A DNA stretch of 63,897 nucleotides, the filler included, from SAR324 cluster bacterium (lineage in GTDB: Bacteria > SAR324 > JACQKK01): NCBI GenBank assembly GCA_022574555.1. It is 3 parts of 3 records of this genome, joined end to end, with 100 filler letters (N's around TTAATTAATTAA, not from the genome) between each part and the next. Parts side by side here need not be neighbours in the genome. Positions count along the whole stretch, not along the records: positions 1 to 22,320 come from JACZRV010000068.1; 2 more parts are not named here. One strand, written 5' to 3'. Below the pieces are notes generated by a model, which was given only the letters and a program-made list of their open reading frames with translations, was not told where the DNA came from and did no database searches. A program made the position numbers and the translations under genes. Every line of letters begins with the position of its first letter. Within the stretch, counting starts at the first letter, position 1. Of the stretch, positions 1 through 7,302 are shown in pieces.

Positions 1-239
1 GGTGAAACGAAGTCGCCGGTCATCTTGGCTGCCTCGAGGGTTCCCAGGGACTCCCCCCGGCGCACCCGCGAGCCCAGGGGATTGAGCGCGACATAAGCCA
101 GATCGCCCAGGGATTCCAGCCCCAAGACGTCGATACCGATGGTCACGCGGCGCGCACCCGCCTCGGGCAGAGCCCACGTATGGTGTTCGGCGTCGTAATA
201 CCGGTCCTCGGGAAACTCGTAGATATCGATCAGGCTCAT
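1..239 (-). CDS. GcvH-like lipoyl-carrier protein (LbpA-like), 3'-truncated by the window edge; not in the ORF track
   Basis: Manual translation from ATG at 239: MSLIDIYEFPEDRYYDAEHHTWALPEAG...VTIGIDVLG...GESLGTLEAAKMTGDFVSP. Matches the H-protein pattern (P.D.YY...H.W, E-x-x-K lipoyl lysine, SP). Confidence 0.85.
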   Translation of the reverse strand, partial: MSLIDIYEFPEDRYYDAEHHTWALPEAGARRVTIGIDVLGLESLGDLAYVALNPLGSRVRRGESLGTLEAAKMTGDFVS

Positions 240-844
240 GGTGTTGTCGAGAGACCGGTTACCGTTCGGCCTTGTCTAATATTACTTTGCGGACCCCCCT
301 GCCGCCATCGTGACCATCGCGGGCGGGGACGTTCGCGCCACCATCGATCATAGTCCTTTCGATATTGACGCGAAACGATAAGAGCGAATTGCGAATCGGC
401 GAGGCGATGGCATAGGATGAAGTATCGTGCTTCACTGTGGCCTGTCCCAAGGAATATGGGATGTACAAAGATGCGGTGAAGACCTCGGGATGCGAAGATG
501 GCAGGGTGGTGCGCGACCCCGTCGACCCTGTCGTCAAGCTATGGGCAAAACGGTAGGCATCAGACCGAGGATGCGGCGTGAATGCGGGCCCGGTCGTGAA
601 GCGCTGATTTCGGTCGAGTCCTGGACACCCATTTGGGCTGAGGCGAGATCCAACCCCGAACGTGAAGACGCAAACGATGTAGGATCGACTACCAGGCGCT
701 TCCATCGCTGCGCATTAGGGCTTCCGAGTCTTTCCTGGCTCCGTCGTGTGCCCCTTCCGCTCTTCCGCCCCGGAATTTGCCCGCCGATAGCGGGACCTGG
801 AAACCAATTGGAGCCATCGGCCCACCGTCGATAACGGTTCCTAT

Positions 845-1081
845 ATGAGCGAAAATCAGATCGATCAGGAACTGGATTGCCGGGGTCTGAAATGCCCCCT
901 GCCGATCCTCAGGACCAAGAAGGCGATCGACCGCATGGTCACCGGGCAAGTGCTGAAAATGGTGGCGACCGACCCTGGCGCAATCAACGACATGAAGGCC
1001 TGGACTTCTCGAACGGGCAACGCTCTGGTGGATTCTTCCCAAGGCGATGGAGAGTTCATTTTCTACGTACGGAAAAAATAA
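845..1081 (+). CDS. tusA: Sulfur carrier protein TusA (SirA-like)
   Basis: 78 aa with LDCRGLKCPLP (CPxP) motif, ATDPGA..D and C-terminal FYVRK. Confidence 0.95.
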   Translation: MSENQIDQELDCRGLKCPLPILRTKKAIDRMVTGQVLKMVATDPGAINDMKAWTSRTGNALVDSSQGDGEFIFYVRKK

Positions 1082-1094
1082 GCGAGAAGACGAT

Positions 1095-1610
1095 ATGGAA
1101 GACAACGGCAGAAAGAAAATGGCGATCATCGCATCGCAAGGCACGTTGGATTGGGCTTATCCGCCCTTCGTCCTGGCCTCCACGGCGGCTGCCATGAACA
1201 TGGAAGTTTGGATGTTCTTCACCTTCTACGGTCTGAGTCTGCTGAAGAAAAAGATCGAGGCCAAAGTCGCACCTGCAACCAACCCTGCGATGCCGATGAA
1301 AATGCCCTTCGGGCCCAAGGGATTCCAGGCCATCAATTGGCCCATTCCCAACATCATCGCGGGCAACCTACCCGGATTCGAGACCGTGGCGACGAGTTTG
1401 ATGAAGAAGACTTTCGAGAAGAATGGCATCGCCACCATCGAGGAGTTGCGGGATGCCTGTCTGGAGGCGGACGTCACGATGGTCGGCTGCACGATGACCA
1501 TGGGCATTTTCGGGCTCGAGAAGGACGATTTGATCGAAGAAACCGTATTCGGTGGAGCGGCCATGTTTCTGGAATATGCCGTGGGCGCGGACATCCAACT
1601 CTTCATCTAA
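1095..1610 (+). CDS. dsrE2: DsrE2-type sulfur transferase (DsrE/DsrF/DrsH-like)
   Basis: MAIIASQGTLDWAYPPFVLASTAAAM..VWMFFTFYGL and GCTMTM motif; directly follows tusA as in tusA-dsrE2 clusters. Confidence 0.9.
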   Translation: MEDNGRKKMAIIASQGTLDWAYPPFVLASTAAAMNMEVWMFFTFYGLSLLKKKIEAKVAPATNPAMPMKMPFGPKGFQAINWPIPNIIAGNLPGFETVATSLMKKTFEKNGIATIEELRDACLEADVTMVGCTMTMGIFGLEKDDLIEETVFGGAAMFLEYAVGADIQLFI

Positions 1611-1801
1611 CGTCCCAGGCTTACCGGGCGTTTGGTAGGGTTTCGCCGATTCGACCACCGCACGGAATGAATTTTTGCCGCCGGAAGCGGGGCCAGTCGC
1701 AGCCGCAGTGCGCGGAATGATTCGGGGCGCCCGGCCGGATCGGTGACGAAGAATTGGCGGAACTGATAGGGCCGCTTCGATGCATATGCGAGGAAATAGT
1801 A

Positions 1802-2179
1802 ATGGCGGACGATGAAGGATCCGTCTTCATCGTAGCGACCCACGGGCCGGAAACGCCCCAGCGTTGCGCCACGCCTTTTTACATGGCGAGCATGGCCGCG
1901 GCGATGGATTGCGAGGCGCGGGTCGTCTTCCAGATCGACGGCGTGCTGCTCATGAAGAAGGGAGTGGCGGAGCATCTGGTCGCCATGGAAGGCGGCAAGC
2001 GCATCATCGACTTCATCCGCGACGCCAAGGAGGCCGGCGTGGAGTTCTACGTCTGCTCCGCCTCGCTGCAACTGCACGACATGGGAGTGGATGATCTGAT
2101 CGAAGAGTGCAACGGTGTTGTGGGCGCCGCCTGGATAACGGAGCAGGCCCTGGAGGCCAGTGCGGTGCTCAGCTACTGA
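1802..2179 (+). CDS. DsrE-family sulfur transferase (DsrE3-like)
   Basis: THGPETPQRCATPFYMA...DGVLL...GVEFYVCSASL...GAA; DsrE fold with conserved Cys. Confidence 0.85.
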   Translation: MADDEGSVFIVATHGPETPQRCATPFYMASMAAAMDCEARVVFQIDGVLLMKKGVAEHLVAMEGGKRIIDFIRDAKEAGVEFYVCSASLQLHDMGVDDLIEECNGVVGAAWITEQALEASAVLSY

Positions 2180-2194
2180 AAACGGAAAATCCGC

Positions 2195-2656
2195 GTGGGC
2201 GAAATCAACAATTGCATCCTCCCGGACGAATTGTATTACTGGGTGCAAAACAACGTCTGGGTTCGGGTCATGGAGGATCGTACGGTGCAATGCGGCATGA
2301 CCGACATTGCCCAGACCATGGCCGGCACGCTGATTCACTGCCGGCCCCGGCAAGTGGGCAAGGAGATCAAGAAGGCCAAGAGCCTGGCTACGGTGGAATC
2401 GGGCAAATGGGTCGGCCCGGTGAAATCCCCCATCGCCGGTACGGTGGTGCAGGCCAATTCCGAGGTGGAAGCGGACCCCACGATTTTGAATCGGAGCCCA
2501 TATACCGACGGATGGCTCGTCCGCTTACAGCCGGTCGACCTGGATACCGATCTGGCCGATCTGGTGCGGGGCCAGGAAGCCATCGATGGATTTCGGGCCT
2601 ACATGGAGGACAAAAGCTTGGGCGATTGTGTGCACTGCGAAGGGTTCACCGGCTGA
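2195..2656 (+). CDS. lbpA: Lipoate-binding protein LbpA (GcvH-like, sHdr-associated type)
   Basis: VESGKWVGPVKSP lipoylation motif typical of LbpA, N..PY..GWL motif, N-terminal Cys; located in a sulfur-carrier operon. Confidence 0.85.
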   Translation: MGEINNCILPDELYYWVQNNVWVRVMEDRTVQCGMTDIAQTMAGTLIHCRPRQVGKEIKKAKSLATVESGKWVGPVKSPIAGTVVQANSEVEADPTILNRSPYTDGWLVRLQPVDLDTDLADLVRGQEAIDGFRAYMEDKSLGDCVHCEGFTG

Positions 2657-2715
2657 ATCGCGGAAACGTGCCGACCCCGCTTCCCGGAACCAGCCTGGCT
2701 CCGGCCGAGGGGCGG

Positions 2716-3387
2716 CTATCGACGTACGGGCAGGTGACGCAGGTAGTGGTGGTAGAGGTGGAGCAACTTTCTGGCGCCACGGGCCAGGCCATCAACTGAG
2801 AGGGTGGCTCCGCTGATTTTCGGAATGTCCTTGGACGCCCAAACAGGGTCCCTCGCTGTCTTGCCGATGAAATGCCCGGTGAAGTGTGGATAGTGCACCA
2901 CGGCTCCCACGGCCTCGCGATATTCCATCACCTCCAGAAAGGCGATCTCCCCCTGGGGGTGATTGATCCGAACCAGGTACGTGATGTACCTCTCCCGCCC
3001 GATCATGTTGTCGATACAGGCGTAGGCGGTAATTTCCGTTCCCACGACCCCTTGATAGCAGTCCGTCACCCCGCGCTGCATTTTGACGTTGGCGCTTTTC
3101 TCAATGATGGCCTTCATCTCATCGCTGAACTCCAGATCGATCGGAATAATAGCCTCGCCATTGGGGAAGGCCAGCGCAATGGCTTCTTTCTTGGTGTAAT
3201 AGGTCGCGACCTGGGCTGTGACAGGCGATGTCTGTAGCGCCGCCAACCAGAAGCAGATGAGAATGATCGCTGCCGCTCCGGGGGCGCGCCTCTGCCCACC
3301 GTACGCGTGTTTCGCCGCGCTGGATGGAGACCGTATATTCACCGATCGTTCATCCGGGTGCCGGTTGGGCAGATACGAGCCAGCCAT
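2716..3387 (-). CDS. Exported FMN-binding domain protein (ApbE-flavinylation substrate, RnfG/NqrC-like domain); start uncertain
   Basis: Hydrophobic signal-like stretch (AAAIILICFWLAAL), EVMEYRE..G, and ISGATLS flavinylation motif. Confidence 0.8.
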   Translation of the reverse strand: MAGSYLPNRHPDERSVNIRSPSSAAKHAYGGQRRAPGAAAIILICFWLAALQTSPVTAQVATYYTKKEAIALAFPNGEAIIPIDLEFSDEMKAIIEKSANVKMQRGVTDCYQGVVGTEITAYACIDNMIGRERYITYLVRINHPQGEIAFLEVMEYREAVGAVVHYPHFTGHFIGKTARDPVWASKDIPKISGATLSVDGLARGARKLLHLYHHYLRHLPVRR

Positions 3388-3557
3388 GACAATGTCCCTG
3401 GACCCGTTTGGCGTTTCGGGATATCTAAGGGAAATGGGTCGGGATTTATTCTGAATCCGTGCGTGCCGGTATCGAGTTGCCCCTGGAGCCACGGTGTTCC
3501 CAAGACCCGCATGGATCGCTTAACAGGGAGGAAAATCCACCGGTTCGGCCGTCACTC

Positions 3558-3926
3558 TCAATTGGGCTGAATGACGATCGTTCCCACCATGGGCGGATGC
3601 AAACCGCAAACGTATGGGATTTCTCCCGCTTCGCCGAAAGCGATCAGAGATGTAGCACCCGAAGGCATGGTGCCCGTATGGAATTCCCTCAATCTTCCAA
3701 TCGCAGAGTGTTCGATGGAGTGAATATTCACGAATCGAATGCAATCTCCCGCCTTGATGACGATATCCCTCGGCGTGAAGATATGGGTCACCTCCACCAC
3801 GTGGGTTGTGTTGCATTCTTCCGCCTTCGCGTTACCGGCCAAACCGACCATCGCCCATCCAGCGATCGACAGGGCTGCCAACCCCACGAAAACGGGATAA
3901 ATCAGACGATACATCCAGGTTGCCAT
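3558..3926 (-). CDS. Exported type-1 blue copper protein (amicyanin/plastocyanin-like cupredoxin)
   Basis: Signal peptide ending in AKA; upstream His (IEHS) and C-x2-H-x2-M loop (YVCGLHPPMVGTI). Confidence 0.85.
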   Translation of the reverse strand: MATWMYRLIYPVFVGLAALSIAGWAMVGLAGNAKAEECNTTHVVEVTHIFTPRDIVIKAGDCIRFVNIHSIEHSAIGRLREFHTGTMPSGATSLIAFGEAGEIPYVCGLHPPMVGTIVIQPN

Positions 3927-3960
3927 GTATCCGCACTTCTTCGATGGGTGTTCCGTCAGG

Positions 3961-4239
3961 TCATTCGTATGGATTGTCCTTTACGAATGGTGGAAGCCAT
4001 ATTTTCTCGTAATCCTTCAGCAGCACTTTCTCCATGGCGACATGCTCCGATTCGGTGTGCTTAGAGTATTTGGCCTCCGTGGGGCTGCTGAATCCCTTAA
4101 GGTTGAGGCTCGGGGCCGATATGAGGCGCGTGACCGGTGCCTTGCAGGTAGGGCAGTTTTGAATCGGATTTTCATTCATGCCGTGCATTGTCTGGTAGAT
4201 GACCCGGCAAGGCTCGCACTTGTATTCATAGGTCGGCAT
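3961..4239 (-). CDS. FmdB-family zinc-ribbon protein
   Basis: MPTYEYKCEPC...CPTC...RLIS signature. Confidence 0.9.
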   Translation of the reverse strand: MPTYEYKCEPCRVIYQTMHGMNENPIQNCPTCKAPVTRLISAPSLNLKGFSSPTEAKYSKHTESEHVAMEKVLLKDYEKIWLPPFVKDNPYE

Positions 4240-4356
4240 TGGGCTTCCGTTGGCAGGGATTGGGGAAACACAGGCTGGTAGGTGGGTGACCGGCTTAAGC
4301 CGGCCACCCATGATTTACCGATACAATACAATTACAAATACAATAATGAGAGGCTG

Positions 4357-5652
4357 TTACGCCATAATTTTCTTGGTATTGACGTCGATACCCCAAATAC
4401 GGGCCGCATTGAGACCCAGGATCTTCGCCTTGACCTCATCGGTCAGTTGGGGATAGCCATGTCCTTCCACGAGTTCATCGGGAATGCGGAATTTGCGGAA
4501 GGCTTCGATCTGCCATTGGGGGTTAGCCCAAAGGAGCGAGTCCGTTCCCCACATGACGTAATCGTCGCCAATATCCCGCAGCAGCGTGCCCAGTACGTGG
4601 GCACATTCCAATGGCCGGTTGGTCACCGTGGCCGCAAATGTAGACCCCAACTCGCAGTACATGTTGGTCCGCTGCGGCTTGAAGCCCTTTCCGATTCCCG
4701 CCAGCTCGGCATGATAGGGCCAGGCCGAGTGGAAGGCGATGAAATTCATATCGAGGAAGTCGTCACACACCGCGTCGAAGTCTTCGGGGTGGGCATATTT
4801 GGCCGAGAATTGGCCGAAGGGAATGCCTTTGTGGCAGCCGATGTTCTTGATGCCCAGCTTGCGGCACTTCTCCCAGATCGGGTAGGCCATCTTCTCGTCG
4901 TCCATCCACCACCCCCGCTGCGGTGTCGCATCGAAGGTGTACAGCTTGAGCCCGGAGATGTGGAAGTCCTTGACGAACATTTCCAGCCGGTCCAGGGTTT
5001 CGCCCAGGCCCTGGTTGGGGGTCAGACCACCGCCCAGCATGATCGTATTCTCCGGCCAGCGTTGCTTCACCTCGGCCTGCTCCTCGATGGGCACCATGTC
5101 CTTGCCCCCGTAGGATTCCCGGAATCCGAACGGGTTGAAGATGGCGACGTCGGTATCGCTCCCGTCCAGAATTTCCTTGCCGAAGTTTTCCACGGTCATT
5201 CCGCGGATTCCGTTCTCGAACCCCATGGCCTTGCCCAGGCCGTCCAGCAGATTGACGAACCACATTCCTTTCTCGGTCGTGTTTTTCCCGAGGACGTAAC
5301 CGTCCTTCCGCCAGCAGATGTGGGTGTGCTGGTCTACGACGAGTTGACCGCCGTGCATGGCCGCTCTTTCGATTGCGGCTTCCGGTTCACGGGCCTCGAC
5401 CTCGTCCACGTCGAAAAACCGCATCCCGGTAATTTCATTCACCGCATAGAGAATGCCGGCGAATCCGAAGGAGGTTTTGATCATGTCGCGGCGGGTCATT
5501 TTGGCGCGCGCCGCGTAGCCATCCAACCGATCATTGATTTGATCTCCCATATGACCGGCGGTAAAGAATGCCGCGCCTTGTTCCTGATGGGTCTTGGGGC
5601 CTGCCGAATCTATTCCCAATCCCTTGTATAACTTTGTGTAATCGAGTTCCAT
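4357..5652 (-). CDS. Amidohydrolase-2 family metallohydrolase with an internal twin-arginine-like segment
   Basis: DQHTH (HxH), CHKG, AFHSAWP and WGTDS metal ligands; KILGLNAARI C-terminus; TRRDMIK segment; strong RBS (aaggag). Confidence 0.9.
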   Translation of the reverse strand: MELDYTKLYKGLGIDSAGPKTHQEQGAAFFTAGHMGDQINDRLDGYAARAKMTRRDMIKTSFGFAGILYAVNEITGMRFFDVDEVEAREPEAAIERAAMHGGQLVVDQHTHICWRKDGYVLGKNTTEKGMWFVNLLDGLGKAMGFENGIRGMTVENFGKEILDGSDTDVAIFNPFGFRESYGGKDMVPIEEQAEVKQRWPENTIMLGGGLTPNQGLGETLDRLEMFVKDFHISGLKLYTFDATPQRGWWMDDEKMAYPIWEKCRKLGIKNIGCHKGIPFGQFSAKYAHPEDFDAVCDDFLDMNFIAFHSAWPYHAELAGIGKGFKPQRTNMYCELGSTFAATVTNRPLECAHVLGTLLRDIGDDYVMWGTDSLLWANPQWQIEAFRKFRIPDELVEGHGYPQLTDEVKAKILGLNAARIWGIDVNTKKIMA

Positions 5653-5941
5653 CGCTTCTCCTTTCTATACCGAATTCGACGCCAAGAATTGTGCGCCACA
5701 ACCAAAGGAGTTCCAGACAGCCTTTTCCCGTTGACGCTTCGCCGGGGGTAAAGGCCAACTCACGTCATTGAAATCTTACAGATGAGAGACCCGCCCAGAT
5801 TCCAGTAACTCAGGCGCGTCTCTATCATACCTGCCTGCGGCCTCAGACGGGCGGCCAAGTCCACACTGTTTCCTATCTGGGCCGGCACCGCTATGACGCC
5901 AGGGCATGGATTCCACCACCACCCCGCCTCGACCGGAGGCC

Positions 5942-5970
5942 AGCATATTAGCGCGTTCAGGCCCTGTCAA
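5942..5970 (-). promoter_or_regulatory. Putative sigma70 promoter for the amidohydrolase cluster
   Basis: Minus strand reads TTGACA-17 nt-TATGCT. Confidence 0.55.
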
Positions 5971-6213
5971 TCTCTTTTCTTTAGGCAGATTCGCTGTGGT
6001 CTTCCAAACGGCGGCCGGAACGCTGCACGCATCGGCCTCTTGGCAAAAAATCAGGAATGCTTGCATATGAAGCGCCCTCCTTGGCCCATTTTATGGGGTT
6101 GTTTTAGTCAGCTGGAACTCGAATCCAACCCAGGAAGGCGACCCTCTCAATGAGTGGGGAAATTATATCAATGATTCCGCGACATGCGTGGTTCGGCAAA
6201 AACGAATTTTGCG

Positions 6214-6582
6214 TCAATCCTCGATGATGCTCACCTCTTCACCGATCAAAAAGGGCGAGTTGGCGCGGTCGGCGAATTTTCGCTCGTCGTCACGGATTTC
6301 CTTGCCGGCGACGATGGCTTCGGGGGTGGTGTTGTGAAACCACTCGTCGAGTCCTTGGCGAAAACCGAACCAGAGCTCGGCGATGCCATCGTAGCGGCGG
6401 GGGAAGGCGGCGTTGGGCTCGTTACGGGGATCGTCGGTGGCATGGAGCTGGATGTAGCGGCGAATATCGAAAGTGGGAGCATGTTTTTTGATCAGCTCCG
6501 CGTGGATGTTGCGCCAGTAATCATGAAATTCCGCCTCGGACAAGTGCGGAAGGCGGTGGATGAAGTAGGTCAGCTTGATCAT
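6214..6582 (-). CDS. EthD-domain protein
   Basis: MIKLTYFIHRLPHLSEAEFHDYWRNIHA...RRYIQLH...YDGIAELWF...DERKFAD pattern. Confidence 0.9.
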   Translation of the reverse strand: MIKLTYFIHRLPHLSEAEFHDYWRNIHAELIKKHAPTFDIRRYIQLHATDDPRNEPNAAFPRRYDGIAELWFGFRQGLDEWFHNTTPEAIVAGKEIRDDERKFADRANSPFLIGEEVSIIED

Positions 6583-6646
6583 GGGGGGCTCTGTCGCGAG
6601 ATTTTGATTCAGCCAAAGTCGAGCCAAGGCGCAGCGGAAGATGGAT

Positions 6647-7195
6647 TCACTGGTACACCTTCGGATTGCCGAGGGTGAGCCTTTGCTCGCGGATCAAGTA
6701 ATGCATTCGGCTCCCTTGGTGGAATGTGTCGCGTTTGCGCAGCCAGACCGGATCAGATGATGTGAGCAATCCATCCGCGTGGTGGTAGACCAACCGCTCC
6801 CCGCGCACCTCCGTGTCCTCGGTATCGCTCACGTGAACGTTTTCGTAGAGGACCAGGGTTCCCCCTCCTTCGTTGATTTGAGCTCGCCCAGCGGTGCCGG
6901 ATATGGTGACGGGCGTGCCATCTTCTTGGTGTTGATTGTAAATCTTGAATCGTACGCCCGTCAGCAGCGTTTCCAGTCCGTCTTCCATGTAAATCGCTTT
7001 CTCGGCCCAGACTTCCCAGACCAGGATATCGTCCTCGTGCTTTTGAATGTGGGCCGTGGTCAGGCGCAGCACATTGGCCGCACCCGGTTCCCGGGTACCC
7101 GATTTGCGCAAGGTTTCGTGTAACGTCGATAAATACACCAGAAGAGCCACGAAAACAAGTATTGTACTGCCGAGCAGAATCGGTTTGAGTCGCAT
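6647..7195 (-). CDS. lptC: LPS export protein LptC-like
   Basis: Single N-terminal TM helix followed by beta-jellyroll pattern (WEVWAEKA, L.LYENVHV, ERLVY, SSDPV, GSRM.Y). Confidence 0.7.
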   Translation of the reverse strand: MRLKPILLGSTILVFVALLVYLSTLHETLRKSGTREPGAANVLRLTTAHIQKHEDDILVWEVWAEKAIYMEDGLETLLTGVRFKIYNQHQEDGTPVTISGTAGRAQINEGGGTLVLYENVHVSDTEDTEVRGERLVYHHADGLLTSSDPVWLRKRDTFHQGSRMHYLIREQRLTLGNPKVYQ

Positions 7196-7302
7196 GGTTA
7201 TTTTCGATCCCGAGAGCGACGATGCATTGCCGGCCACCGCCGGCGTATTGGAGATATCCGCTCCCTTAGCGGCCGTTTGCGCGTCACCAAGCCCAGGCAC
7301 AA

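Noticed and set aside
259..834. ORFs 259-705(-) and 427-834(+), and a faint ArsR-like resemblance (AMA*...LHCGLSQGIWDVQR..EDLG) between the divergent sulfur genes
   Set aside because: No convincing motif or RBS, and the HTH signature (SQHL) is absent. It could be a decayed regulator but cannot be supported without a profile search.
4282..5631. Long antisense ORFs (e.g. 4282-5631, 8095-9588, 19071-20285, 23830-24999, 28367-29971, 61895-63325)
   Set aside because: Shadow ORFs opposite well-supported genes, expected in high-GC DNA.
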